A stretch of DNA of 64,000 bases from an uncultured Chloroflexia bacterium (GCA_963766675.1 CAVYBA010000002.1:220624-284623), one strand, 5' to 3'; counted from the stretch's first letter, positions 20,143 to 30,193 are shown. Program-made: numbers and translations. The notes: generated by a model not told the origin, from the letters alone.

Positions 20143-20951
20143 CGTTCAGGGGGTTCGATCCACGGACCGGGCTGGCACGCTGGGGCCTATCGGCCATCGC
20201 CGTCGGGATCGTCATGGGATCGACCGCCCCGGGGGTACTGCGCGATCTCGGCATCCTGTGGGAGGCACATCGGGCGAGCCTGCCGTGGTTCCTCGAGCGT
20301 CTGGCGGCGTTTCTCGCCTACCTCGCCATGACCGGCTCGGTGGTGTATGGGCTGCTCCTGTCAACCAAGCTGCTCGACGCGATCGCCCATCGACCGATCT
20401 CGTTTGCGCTCCACCAGGACCTGGCGGCCGTCGGGCTCGGGCTGGCGGGAGTCCATGGAGCCCTCCTCGGGCTGGATTCGAGCGTGCCGTTCTCGATCCG
20501 GCAGCTGGTGGTCCCCGGCCTGGCGCCCTACGCGCCACTCCAGGTGGCGATCGGCCAACTGACGTTCTACGTGACCGCGGTCGTGGTCGCGAGCTTCTAC
20601 GTGCGCCGACGGATCGGCCAGCGGACCTGGCGGACAATTCACCTGCTGACCTTCCTCGCGTTCGCCGGCGCAACGGCCCATGGGGTCCTCGCCGGAACGG
20701 ACAGCGGAGCGGTCTGGACCTGGTGGATGTACAGCCTGGCGGTCGCGATCGTCGTGTTCCTGTTCGCGTATCGCCTCGTGACGGCATCCGCGCGGCGTCG
20801 CGATTCAGCGCGGCAGCAGGTGCTCCGCCCTGAAACCGAGCAGGTCGCGGCTCCGCGTGAGTTCGAACGGCACCTCCCGCCCGCGGATCGGCCGGCGCAG
20901 CTCGGTCGCCGGGTGGAAGCGGGCGAGCAGGTCGGCCGTGGGTTCGGTTGA
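20139..20951 (+). CDS. Ferric-reductase-like transmembrane domain protein (MsrQ/YedZ-like, 6 TM, bis-His)
   Basis: Six TM helices with conserved His pairs (AIAHRPISFALHQD; RTIHLLTFLAFAGATAHG). Translationally coupled to apbE. The 3' end is uncertain: 146-nt convergent overlap with the epimerase gene. Confidence 0.65.
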   Translation: MTFRGFDPRTGLARWGLSAIAVGIVMGSTAPGVLRDLGILWEAHRASLPWFLERLAAFLAYLAMTGSVVYGLLLSTKLLDAIAHRPISFALHQDLAAVGLGLAGVHGALLGLDSSVPFSIRQLVVPGLAPYAPLQVAIGQLTFYVTAVVVASFYVRRRIGQRTWRTIHLLTFLAFAGATAHGVLAGTDSGAVWTWWMYSLAVAIVVFLFAYRLVTASARRRDSARQQVLRPETEQVAAPREFERHLPPADRPAQLGRRVEAGEQVGRGFG

Positions 20952-21659
20952 GTACGTGTCCGGGGCCATCACGTTGATGACGTGGCAGCCCGGGATCTCG
21001 CGTTCCACGGCCAACCGGAAGGCGCGCGCGCTATCGCGGACATCGAGGTACGCCCACAGCTCGCAGGCGAGGCCCGACGGGTCGCGGGCCACCTCGTCGG
21101 CAACGGCCTGCTGCTCCGCCATCGTGCCCGTGTTCGAGATCCGGAGGGCGACGACCTGGTAGCCGTGGCGGCGATGCATCGTGCGCGAGGTGGCTTCGTC
21201 GGCCTCCTTCGACAGGGCGTACGGATCGCTGCCCACGTTCGGATGCACCTCGTCCACCGGCACGTAGAGCGGGGAGACGGGCGGCGAGGCGAACGGCAAC
21301 CCGGTCACCGAGGTGCTCGACGCGACGGCGAGCCGCGGCACGCCGGCCATCCCGGCCGCCTCGAGCACGACGAACGTCGCCTGGGTGTTCATGGCGAACA
21401 CCTCGAGCGGAGTGCCGAAGCGTGGCGAGGGAATTGCGGCGAGGTGGATGAGCGCCTCGGCCCGGGTCCGGTCGAGGAGTCGGGCCGTCGCGTCGAGGTC
21501 GCGCACGTCGAGCTGCGTCCAGGTCGCATCGCGGCCGGCGGGGTCGTCGGTCGGTGGCGCCGAGCGGTCGACGGCGTGCACCTCGTGGTCGCGCGCGGCC
21601 AGGTCGGCCACGACGTACCGGCCGATCCGACCGCCGGCTCCGGTCACCACGATCCGCAC
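20805..21659 (-). CDS. NAD-dependent epimerase/dehydratase family protein
   Basis: Rossmann motif VVTGAGGRIGRYV and catalytic YALSK. GTG start 1 nt after the upstream stop. Confidence 0.75.
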   Translation of the reverse strand: MRIVVTGAGGRIGRYVVADLAARDHEVHAVDRSAPPTDDPAGRDATWTQLDVRDLDATARLLDRTRAEALIHLAAIPSPRFGTPLEVFAMNTQATFVVLEAAGMAGVPRLAVASSTSVTGLPFASPPVSPLYVPVDEVHPNVGSDPYALSKEADEATSRTMHRRHGYQVVALRISNTGTMAEQQAVADEVARDPSGLACELWAYLDVRDSARAFRLAVEREIPGCHVINVMAPDTYSTEPTADLLARFHPATELRRPIRGREVPFELTRSRDLLGFRAEHLLPR

Positions 21660-21660
21660 G

Positions 21661-22815
21661 TCACCCGCCCTCGCGCTTCTGCCAGCCCTCCACGAACAGC
21701 TGCAGCCGGGCGCCGGTTCGCGGATGGCGGGCGCAGGCACCGTGGTCGAGACGGAGGCCCAGGCCGGGGGCGGTAGGCGCAGCGAAGCAGCCATCGGCCG
21801 GGTCGACGATCGGTGCCGCGTCGACCAGCTCGCCGACCCAGGCGTCGGCGAAGTCGTTGAAGTGCTCGACGATGTCGACGTTCCGGGTTGCGACCGCGAA
21901 ATGGACGTTGGCGGCCGTCGCCACGGGGCCGCCGACGTTGTGCGGCGCGAGCGTCAGGTAGTGAGCCTCCGTCCAGCCGGCCAGCCGGCGCATCCCCGTG
22001 AACCCGCCGAAGTGGGTGAGATCGGCCTGGACGATGTCGACGTTGCCATCCTCGACGAACCCGACCGCGTCCCAGATGGTATGCAGCCGCTCGCCCGTGG
22101 CGATCGACAGGCTGGTCGCGGAGCGCACGCGGGCAAGGGCGTCGGGGTTCTCCGGTGGAACCGGTTCCTCGATCCAGCGGGGCGCGAACGGCTCGAGGTC
22201 CGCCGCCACCTGGGCCGCGGTATCCGGCGAGAACCGCCCGTGCATCTCGATCATCAGGTCGATGTCCGGGCCGATGGCGTCGCGCACGGCCGCGACGACA
22301 CCCACGGCCCGCCGCCGTTGGGCAGTCGACAGGCGGACGCTGGCGGCGGCGAACGGGTCGAGCTTCATCGCCCGGTAGCCGCGGGCGACGACGCCCAGGG
22401 CCAGCTCGGCGATCCGGGCCGGGTCGTAGTCCGACTGGTACCAGCCGTTGGCGTAGGCCGGGACTCGATCGTGGAAGCGGCCGCCCAGGAGCTTCCAGAT
22501 CGGCACGCCGAGCTGCTGGCCCATCAGGTCCCAGGACGCGATGTCGAAGGCGGCCAGGGCCGACTGGCTGTGCTCGCTCGGCCGGCCGTATTCGAGCCGT
22601 TCGATCGCCCAGGCCAGCCGCTCGGTGTCGAACGGATCGGCGCCGACGACGTAGCGGCCGGCCAGCTCCTGGACGACGGCCACGAACGAGTCCGTCTTGT
22701 TGAGCGGTCGCACCTCGCCGACGCCGACCAGGCCGGTGTCGGTCTCGAGCTCGACGAAGACGAGGTCGCGCCACGGCGTGCCGACGACCGTCGTCCGAAC
22801 GGCGGTGACGAGCAC
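21661..22815 (-). CDS. Enolase-superfamily (mandelate racemase/muconate lactonizing enzyme family) sugar-acid dehydratase-like protein
   Basis: MR/MLE N- and C-terminal domain motifs (KLDPFAAASV, IEMHGRFSPD, IEEPVPPENPDALARV). Confidence 0.75.
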   Translation of the reverse strand: MLVTAVRTTVVGTPWRDLVFVELETDTGLVGVGEVRPLNKTDSFVAVVQELAGRYVVGADPFDTERLAWAIERLEYGRPSEHSQSALAAFDIASWDLMGQQLGVPIWKLLGGRFHDRVPAYANGWYQSDYDPARIAELALGVVARGYRAMKLDPFAAASVRLSTAQRRRAVGVVAAVRDAIGPDIDLMIEMHGRFSPDTAAQVAADLEPFAPRWIEEPVPPENPDALARVRSATSLSIATGERLHTIWDAVGFVEDGNVDIVQADLTHFGGFTGMRRLAGWTEAHYLTLAPHNVGGPVATAANVHFAVATRNVDIVEHFNDFADAWVGELVDAAPIVDPADGCFAAPTAPGLGLRLDHGACARHPRTGARLQLFVEGWQKREGG

Positions 22816-22818
22816 CGG

Positions 22819-24784
22819 TCAGGGTGTCGTGGTCGGCTGGGTGGGGGTTGGCTGGGTCGTGCGCGGGGCGCCGATCAGGGTGAGGCCGGTGATCCGCGCG
22901 TAATTCGAGTAGTAGGTCGTCTGGTGGACGGTCGCACCGCTGGCGTCGTAGACCGTGACGGTCCGCCAGACCTGTTTGCCGTCGACGGGATACTCAACCC
23001 GTTGGCGGACGCCGGGAGCCAGGGTCGAGGTCAGTTGGGTCGTGTCGGTCGCGGGCTTGACGTTCTTCACGATCGGGTTGCTGATGACCACCGTCCGACC
23101 GCTCGGGACGCTGTACAGCTCGAACTTGACGTAGCCGCGCGTTCCGTTGCGGATCTTGTAGCCACGGATCAGGACCGGGTAGTCCGTGTCGTTCGTCCAC
23201 GACATCGTCTGGACCGCCCCGGACGCGCTGATGAAGACCGTGGCGTCGAGTCCGAGCGGATACCGATCGATGTAGTAGAAATGGTTCCGCCGCGCGTCCA
23301 TCTGGAAGCCGCCGCGCAACGCCGCGTTGAACAGGGTCGTCGAGCACGAGCAGATCCCGCCAGCGAGCGCGCCCTGCGGCTCGGTCTTGCCGTTGATGAT
23401 CGCGCCGCCGTCCGTATAGCCCTTCTCACGGGTAACGGGTCCGATCGCATCCCAGAAGTCGAACGTCGCGTGCGGGGCCACGATCGTCCCGTCGATCGTC
23501 AGGGCGGGGATCCAGATGTTGGCGCCGAAGCCATTCCGGTCGCTGATCGGGAAGTAGGTCTTCCAGGACGAGATCAGGGTCATCTGTGGTTCGGCGGCCT
23601 CCGCCTGGGCCGTCGTCAGCGCAGGCGGCGTGACGGTCAGGGTCGGCGCGATCTGGGTCGCCGCGAACCCGGCCGCCCGACCCGCCAGCATCTCCTGGAC
23701 CTGGACGACGGTCGCGGCCACGTCGAGCTTGTACCCATCCTTGCTCGGCGAGACGCCAAGGATCTTCCCGTCGGTCACCGTGAACGTGGCATCGACCGGG
23801 GCGCGGTCGACCTTCGGGGCGAACGCCTTGATCACCTCGGTCAGTGGCGTCGTGTCGAGCGTCGGGCCGTACGTGCCGTCGGCCGTCGTCGTGAAGCTCA
23901 CCCACGTGCGGAGCTCGGCGCTGTCGATCCGCAGCCGGTCTTCGCCGACGGCGAGGACGATGTCGGCCGTGATCCGGTCGGCCTGCTGCCTGGCGGCGGC
24001 TGCCTGAGCCGTGGTGACCGCCGGATCGATGGTCGTGACCGTGAGTTCAGCGCGCAGCTCGGGCGGCGCGTTCACGTCGCCGAGCGCGGCCATGAACGTG
24101 GCGATCACCGGCGTCGGGTCGGCGCTCGCACCGGCCTGCCCGTCGCGCACCCGGAATTGGCCGTCGCTCGCGGTTTCGACGGCGGCGTCCCGTGGCTCGA
24201 CCTTGAGCGAGTCGGCAAGGGCAGTGATCCGGTCGTCGAGCGCGTCGGCATCGAAGGTCACCTTCGGCACGAGGAAGACGCCACGGACGACGGTCCGGGC
24301 GTCCGCGACGACCCGATCGACCGGCGACCCATGGCGGCCGACCTCGATCGCCTCATCGAGCATCGCCTTGATATCGGGGCGGCGGCCGATGTCGCCGTAG
24401 CTGATGACGTGCTCGCCCGAGTCGCCGGTCAACACCAGGCGTCCCTCGGACAGGGACCCATAGGCCCGTTCGAGCGCGTTCTGTGCTTCTTCGGCGTTCA
24501 TCCCGGACAGGTCGACCGTCCCGACGTGCACCCCCGGCAGGATCCGCCCGGTGAACTGCTGGTCGTAGCCGTACAGCGCGCCGACGCCGAGCAGCAGGGC
24601 GGCGCCGAGCCCGAGGATGAAGGCCAGCCCGAAGTTGATCCGCGCCGAGGGCCGGCGCGTCAGGTCCGGTGGATCGAACGGGACGAGCGAAGCGGGCGGC
24701 TCCTCCGGCGACGAGGGGGCGTCCCCGGGCGGCTCGCCTGGGGGAGCCTCGGTCGGGCAGGTCGGAGCCGGTCGTGTCGGTCAT
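22819..24784 (-). CDS. VanW-family protein, membrane-anchored (N-terminal region has an apparent frameshift ~24745-24752)
   Basis: C-terminal VanW core GGAIINGKTEPQGALAGGICSCSTTLFNAALRGGF. TM anchor INFGLAFILGLGAALLLGVGALYGY. The ATG at 24784 is in a different frame from the Pro/acidic-rich segment (EAPPGEPPGDAPSSPEEPP...TRRPSAR) that leads into the TM. Confidence 0.65.
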
Positions 24785-24882
24785 GGCAGGGCCGCCATCC
24801 TATCAGCCCCGCCGACTGGATCCTCTCGGCCCGGGGCCGCGGTTGGACGGGACCGCCCCCGGTGCGTGACGCGGAGCTCAGC

Positions 24883-25941
24883 TCAGCTCGGGCTCCGCGG
24901 GACGAGCACGACTCGGCGGTTCGGCTCCTCGCCGATCGACTGGGTCGCGACGCCGGCGTGGTCGCGCAGCGACATGTGGATCCAGCGGCGCTCGAGCGCC
25001 GACATCGGCTCGAGCTGGAGCATCTTGCCGGTCTCGACGACGCGCGCCGCGGCTCGCTCGGCGAGCTCTCGCAGCTGGCGTTCGCGACGTCCGCGATAGT
25101 CCTCGACGTCGACCAGCACGCGCGTCCAGGAGCCGATCTCCTTGGACAGCATCAGGTTGACGAGGTGCTGCAGCGCCGACAGCCGCTCGCCCTTGCGACC
25201 GATCAGGGCGCCGAGCGCCTCCTTCTCGTCGCCGTCGGCGACGACGTTGAGCCGGCTGGTCTCGCCGGTCTCGACTTCGACGCGAACGACGAACCCGAGG
25301 TGGTGCATCAGCTGTTCGAGGATCGCCTTGCCGGCGGCGAGCGCCTCGGGCGACGCCTCGGACGCCTCGAGGTCGGCCCGTTCGGCAGCCAGCGATCCGC
25401 GCGCGGCGGCGACCTCCGCCGCCTCGGATGCCGACAGGTCGGCCGACCCGCCACGGCTCACCGGCCGTCGGTCGTCCCGCCGGGGAGGTCGGTCGTCCCG
25501 GCGCGGTCGGTCGTCCCGCGGTCGGTCGTCCCGCGGTCGGTCGTCCCGCCGGGGAGGTCGGTCGTCGTGGCGCGGCGGTCGATCGCCGCGAGGCTGCTCG
25601 TCATGGCGCGGCCCGGCTTCGTCGCGGCGGAGCCTCGGCAACTCGCGGCGGGTCGGTCGTCGCCGACGGCCACGTTCCTCGCGGGGTCGGTCGTCCCGGC
25701 GCGGCGGGGGCGGGGGCAGCGGGACGGCGGCTGCGGCCTCGCGCTTCGGCGCGGCTCCACCGAGTGCGGCTCGCGGCGCAGCGACGATGCGGGCGGGTTC
25801 GGCGCCCATGCCGAGGACACCCCGGCTGCCGGGGGTGAGGATCTCGAAGTCGAGGTCGTTGAGCTCGGCGCCAAAGGCCTCGCGGGCCTGGCGGAGTGCC
25901 TCCTCCACGGTCTTGCCGGTGAATTCGCGGTATTCGCTCAT
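24883..25941 (-). CDS. jag: Jag/KhpB (Jag_N, KH and R3H domains) with a long Arg/Asp/Pro-rich repetitive linker
   Basis: N-terminus MSEYREFTGKTVEEALRQAREAFG, C-terminal KH-R3H. Position directly downstream of yidC is conserved. Confidence 0.85.
   Translation of the reverse strand: MSEYREFTGKTVEEALRQAREAFGAELNDLDFEILTPGSRGVLGMGAEPARIVAAPRAALGGAAPKREAAAAVPLPPPPPRRDDRPREERGRRRRPTRRELPRLRRDEAGPRHDEQPRGDRPPRHDDRPPRRDDRPRDDRPRDDRPRRDDRPPRRDDRRPVSRGGSADLSASEAAEVAAARGSLAAERADLEASEASPEALAAGKAILEQLMHHLGFVVRVEVETGETSRLNVVADGDEKEALGALIGRKGERLSALQHLVNLMLSKEIGSWTRVLVDVEDYRGRRERQLRELAERAAARVVETGKMLQLEPMSALERRWIHMSLRDHAGVATQSIGEEPNRRVVLVPRSPS
25467..25575 (-). repeat. Imperfect tandem repeats (unit ~15 nt, GGTCGGTCGTCCCGC) inside jag encoding (D)DRP(R/P)R peptide repeats
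   Basis: At least six copies of cggtcggtcgtcccgc with 0-9 nt spacers, visible in the sequence. Confidence 0.7.
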
Positions 25942-25942
25942 C

Positions 25943-27127
25943 TCAGCGTCGTCTCCCTCGTCGGCCCTGACGGCCCCGCTCGCGGGGGCGGATCGTCGAT
26001 GCGGCCGTGGTCTTCTTCTCAGCGTCGGTCAGGATGGCCGCTCGCTTGCTCGGATCAGGTGGCGGTGGCATTTCCACCGGGAAACGCGGCGTGTGGCCGG
26101 TGGCAAAGGCCGGCTTCCAGCCGAAGATGGGGAACATGCCACCCCAACCCACGATCAGGTACTGCTGGGCGATCTGGAAGATGTTGGCCGTGATCCAGTA
26201 GATGAACAGACCGGCCGGCAGGAACCCACCATACGCGATCGAGATCAGCGGCAGGAACATCATCGTCTGTCGCTGGATCTTGGTGTTCTGGTCGTCGTCT
26301 GCCGGCTTGGAGACCGGCAGCATCATCCGCGACGAGATGAACTGGGTCAGTGCCGACAGGATCGCCAGGATGCTCAGCCCAAGGCCGAAGCCGCCGAGCG
26401 AGACCGTCAGGAAGGTCGACGGCTTGCTCACGTCGAGGTTGCCCAGGGCCGGGATGACCGTGTCGATACAGGGCCGGGCGGCGTTGATGACACCGCTCGC
26501 GTCGACGTTCGCGCAGGCGAGGTTGACGATCTTGATGCCGAAGAACGACAGCATCGCGCGCGGATCCTGGTTGGTCAGCCCGTTCTGGATGACCGAATAC
26601 ATGATGAACAGCAGGGGCATGGACAGGAGCAGCGGCAGGCAGCCGGAGAGCGGATTGATCCCGCGCTCCTTGAACAGCTCCTGCTGTGCCAGCCGGGCCT
26701 TGTTCGCGTCGCCCTTGTAGCGCCGCTGGATCTCCTTGACCTCGGGCTGGAGGAGCTGCATCCGACGCTGCGAGACGAGCTGGCGCCGGTACAACGGGAT
26801 CACGAGCCCACGCACGACCAGGGTCAGGACGATGATCGCCCAGCCGATGGCGCCCGGTACGCCAAGGTTTCGCAGGATGTCGTACGTCCCGACCAGGACG
26901 ATGAACATCAGCTGGAAGATCGGGGTGAACGCCCAGGCAAGCAGGCTGATCGGATCCGCGCCGGGCTCGGCCGGCACGAGCGGCGGATGCGGCGTAGGCG
27001 ACGCGGGGAGCGAGCCCGAAGCGCCGGGCGATCCGGTTACGGGCGCGCAGCCGGCCACCACCAACGCGAGCAGGACCAGTAGCAGGACCGGGGCGACTCG
27101 GTGCCAGCGGAGCCAGGGGAGTGTCAC
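25943..27127 (-). CDS. yidC: Membrane protein insertase YidC
   Basis: Conserved 60KD_IMP core (LVIPLYRRQLVSQRRMQLLQPEVKEIQRRYKGD...GCLPLLLSMPLLFIMY). Confidence 0.9.
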   Translation of the reverse strand: MTLPWLRWHRVAPVLLLVLLALVVAGCAPVTGSPGASGSLPASPTPHPPLVPAEPGADPISLLAWAFTPIFQLMFIVLVGTYDILRNLGVPGAIGWAIIVLTLVVRGLVIPLYRRQLVSQRRMQLLQPEVKEIQRRYKGDANKARLAQQELFKERGINPLSGCLPLLLSMPLLFIMYSVIQNGLTNQDPRAMLSFFGIKIVNLACANVDASGVINAARPCIDTVIPALGNLDVSKPSTFLTVSLGGFGLGLSILAILSALTQFISSRMMLPVSKPADDDQNTKIQRQTMMFLPLISIAYGGFLPAGLFIYWITANIFQIAQQYLIVGWGGMFPIFGWKPAFATGHTPRFPVEMPPPPDPSKRAAILTDAEKKTTAASTIRPRERGRQGRRGRRR

Positions 27128-27142
27128 GAGTCGAGCGCCTCG

Positions 27143-27349
27143 CTAGCGGACCGGGTCATAGCCACCAGGGTTCCAGGGATGGCAGCGGGCAATTCGTCGG
27201 GCTCCCATCCAGCTTCCGCGGAGCAGGCCGTATTTCCTGATCGCCTGTTCCGTGTAGTGCGAGCAGGTTGGCTCGAATCGACAGCTCGGCGGCAGCCAGG
27301 CGAACAGGACCCGGTAGAGCCGGATGGCCCCGATGCCGATTCGCTTCAA
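27143..27349 (-). CDS. yidD: Membrane protein insertion efficiency factor YidD
   Basis: [28 protein letters not shown]...[15 protein letters not shown] start overlaps the rnpA stop (TTGA). The ORF-track N-terminal extension is antisense/overlap noise. Confidence 0.8.
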   Translation of the reverse strand: MKRIGIGAIRLYRVLFAWLPPSCRFEPTCSHYTEQAIRKYGLLRGSWMGARRIARCHPWNPGGYDPVR

Positions 27350-27681
27350 TTCGTGGACCCTCCGAGCGCGCCGCCCTTGATCAGGGTACGACGCAACGCT
27401 CCGACCATCGCCGCGTGGTCGGCCGTGACGATCGACGGCCGGGCGATGATGAGGACGTCCCAGCCGGGCTGGAACGAGGGCGCCATCTCCCTGAGTGCCT
27501 CTCGAAGCCGGCGACGAACCCAATTCCGCACCACCGCCCCGCCGAGCGCTCGGCCGGTCGACAGCCCGAACCGGGTCGTCTCGAGATCGGTCCGCCGGAA
27601 TCGGACGGTCAGCAGCTGGTGGGACCGGGTGGTCCCGCCGCCCTGGAACGCGGCGAAGTCCTGCGGGCGGGAAAGCATCAC
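27346..27681 (-). CDS. rnpA: RNase P protein component
   Basis: RnpA fold motifs (LLTVRFRR...[26 protein letters not shown]). Position between rpmH and yidD. Confidence 0.85.
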   Translation of the reverse strand: MMLSRPQDFAAFQGGGTTRSHQLLTVRFRRTDLETTRFGLSTGRALGGAVVRNWVRRRLREALREMAPSFQPGWDVLIIARPSIVTADHAAMVGALRRTLIKGGALGGSTN

Positions 27682-27713
27682 GAGCCGCGGCGTGTCCGTG
27701 CCGCGCCCGATCG

Positions 27714-27848
27714 TCAGGCCGTCAGCCGCTTTCGGCCGCGAGCGCGGCGCGCGGCCAGGACCCGCCGGCCGCCGGCCGACTTCATCCGGGCCCGAAAGCC
27801 ATGCTCCTTGGCGCGGTGGCGCTTTTTAGGCTGAAAGGTCTGCTTCAT
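27714..27848 (-). CDS. rpmH: 50S ribosomal protein L34
   Basis: [44 protein letters not shown]. Confidence 0.9.
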   Translation of the reverse strand: MKQTFQPKKRHRAKEHGFRARMKSAGGRRVLAARRARGRKRLTA

Positions 27849-28334
27849 CAGGAGTGTCCGGGATCCTCTCCATCCGGCCTCGGGGACGGGTTTGTCACTT
27901 GCCCCATAAGGCACGCAAACGCGCCTGGCGCCAGAAAGCGCAGGGCGCGTTGTCGTCCGGCGGATGATAGGGCGGGCCCCAGAGGGTGTCAAACGAAGCG
28001 GGCGGGTGCCCGAAGTCCGGGGGCCGTCCGAAGTCCGGGGTCCGTCCGCCGGAACCTCGCCGGCGCCGTCGACCAGCGCTGCTCGGATACCCCCCGGGAG
28101 TATGCCAGAAACGCCTTGCGACGCGCCGACGGACGGTGCTATCCTCTCCGGGCCCTCGACGCCGGAGACGTACGCGGGAGACCCGAAGCCCCGCCAGGGA
28201 CCCTCGGGAACGCGTCGACCGGTGCCACCATACGGCACTCCTGCTGACGCGCGAGGACCCGGCGACCTGTTCCGAGTTCCCTGGTCAACGCTACCTATCC
28301 ACCGCCACCGTCAATCGCAGGGTCCCATCGACGA

Positions 28335-29711
28335 ATGGATGCGAAGCAGGTCTGGAGAGCGGCTCTTGGAGAGCTGCAGGTCTCGCTCTCCCCGGCGAAC
28401 TACGAGACGTGGCTGCGCGACACGCAGCTCCTCGACGTCGACGAGCAGCGCTTCCGGATCGCGGTCCCGAACGGCTTCGCCAAGGACTGGCTCGAGTCAC
28501 GCTATCGCTCGCTGATCAGTCAGACCCTGGCCCGGATCGTGGGCTACAGCGTCCAGGTCGAGTTCGTCGTGGGGTCGAACCCGGACGTCTCGCTCGAGAC
28601 CGCGACCGGCGAGCCGGCCCAGGGGCCTGCCAGCCCATCCCCGCAGGTCCGGGTCGAGCCCACCCGCGTGGGCGGCGAGGGCGGCAGCACCTACCTGAAC
28701 CCGCGCTACACCTTCTCGAACTTCATCGTCGGCTCGGCCAACCGGCTGGCCCACGCCGCAAGCCTTTCCGTCGCGGAGCGACCCGGCCACGCCTACAACC
28801 CGCTATTCCTGTACGGCGGAGTGGGGCTCGGCAAGACCCACCTGATGCACGCCATCGGCAACCAGGTGATCGCCAAGTTCCCGCGCAAGCGGGTCGTCTA
28901 CGCGACGAGCGAGAAGTTCACCAACGAGTTCATCACCTCGATCCAGCAGGGCAAGATCGACGAGTTCCGGGCGCGCTACCGGCGGATCGACCTGCTGCTC
29001 ATCGACGACATCCAGTTCATCGCGGACAAGGAACGAACGCAGGAAGAGTTCTTCCATACGTTCAACGCGATCCACGAGGACGGCAAGCAGATCGTGCTGT
29101 CGTCGGACCGGCCGCCGAAGGCCATCCTGACCCTCGAGGAGCGGCTTCGCAGCCGCTTCGAATGGGGCTTGATCGCCGACTTGACCGCCCCGGATCTCGA
29201 GACCCGGATCGCGATCCTGCGGGCCAAGGCCGAGGAAGGCGCGGTCCCGATCACCTCGGACGTGATCGAATTCATCGCGCGCAAGGTGGTCAGCAACATC
29301 CGCGAGCTCGAAGGGGCACTCAACCGGATGGTCGCCTACGCCAGCATGGGGGCGATGCCGATCGGCATCGAGCTTGCCCAGGCGGTCCTCTCGAACGTGC
29401 TGTACAACCCCAAGAAGCGCCAGGTGACGCCCGAGCGGATCGCCAAGGTCGTGTCGGACTACTACAGCGTCCCGATCGAAGTCCTCCAGGGCCAGAAGCG
29501 GGACAAGGCGATCGTCGTGCCTCGCCAGATCGCGATGTTCCTGATGCGCGCCGAGACCGACGTGTCGCTGCTCCGGATCGGGGCGGAGCTCGGCGGACGG
29601 GACCACTCGACGGTCCTGCATGCCTGCGACAAGATCACCCGCGAGGTCGCCGTCAACGACGAGCTGCGCCGCGAGATCGCCGCGGTCCGGGAGCTCATCT
29701 ACGCGGACTGA
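28335..29711 (+). CDS. dnaA: Chromosomal replication initiator DnaA
   Basis: N-terminal domain I, AAA+ Walker A GGVGLGKTHL, sensor/box VII, C-terminal DNA-binding domain. Confidence 0.93.
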   Translation: MDAKQVWRAALGELQVSLSPANYETWLRDTQLLDVDEQRFRIAVPNGFAKDWLESRYRSLISQTLARIVGYSVQVEFVVGSNPDVSLETATGEPAQGPASPSPQVRVEPTRVGGEGGSTYLNPRYTFSNFIVGSANRLAHAASLSVAERPGHAYNPLFLYGGVGLGKTHLMHAIGNQVIAKFPRKRVVYATSEKFTNEFITSIQQGKIDEFRARYRRIDLLLIDDIQFIADKERTQEEFFHTFNAIHEDGKQIVLSSDRPPKAILTLEERLRSRFEWGLIADLTAPDLETRIAILRAKAEEGAVPITSDVIEFIARKVVSNIRELEGALNRMVAYASMGAMPIGIELAQAVLSNVLYNPKKRQVTPERIAKVVSDYYSVPIEVLQGQKRDKAIVVPRQIAMFLMRAETDVSLLRIGAELGGRDHSTVLHACDKITREVAVNDELRREIAAVRELIYAD

Positions 29712-30193
29712 GTCGCGCCGGCCACTGGCCGTGCCCGGGCTCCAACATCCAGGATTCGGTGGCCCAGGCCACGGCCGTTGTGGACAAGCGCCCGGAATCC
29801 GTGGAGAACCGCCGGGCGCTGTGGACATCGGGCGCGTGCAACGGTCCGTTCGCCGGGGCGTCGGTGGGAAGGTCAGCCGAGTCGGTCGGCTGCCGCTCGT
29901 CTGGCGGTCCGACAATCCACAGCTCGTACGCCGCGGCGCGCACCGGAACAACAGGGCTGTGCACTACCAGGTGGCGACCGTCAACCGCTGGTTCGCGCTC
30001 GTCCAGTCACGAGCATCCACGTGGTCCACACCCTGATGACGGTGATGACGGGATGAGAAGATAGGGGGAAGATACCCACGACCCCACGGGCGATCCGGTC
30101 GGGGACCGTCCGCTCACGCGATGACCCGTTACCGAACCGACCACGATCCCTGCCGTGAAGGCGCGGCGCCAAGCAGCGTGGAGTGAATCCAAC
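29712..30193 (+). other. Candidate oriC (DnaA-box cluster with a relatively AT-richer segment) between dnaA and dnaN
   Basis: Multiple TGTGGACA/GTCCACA-type 9-mers (TTGTGGACA 29779; TGTGGACAT 29821; CAATCCACA ~29912; GCATCCACG and GGTCCACAC 30013-30030). The AT-richer stretch gggatgagaagatagggggaagataccca at 30051-30080 is a possible DNA-unwinding element. Confidence 0.5.

Noticed and set aside
27986-30064. 692-aa plus-strand ORF spanning the rpmH-dnaA spacer and all of dnaA
   Set aside because: Out of frame with dnaA, whose translation is unambiguous. Low-complexity Arg/Pro composition.
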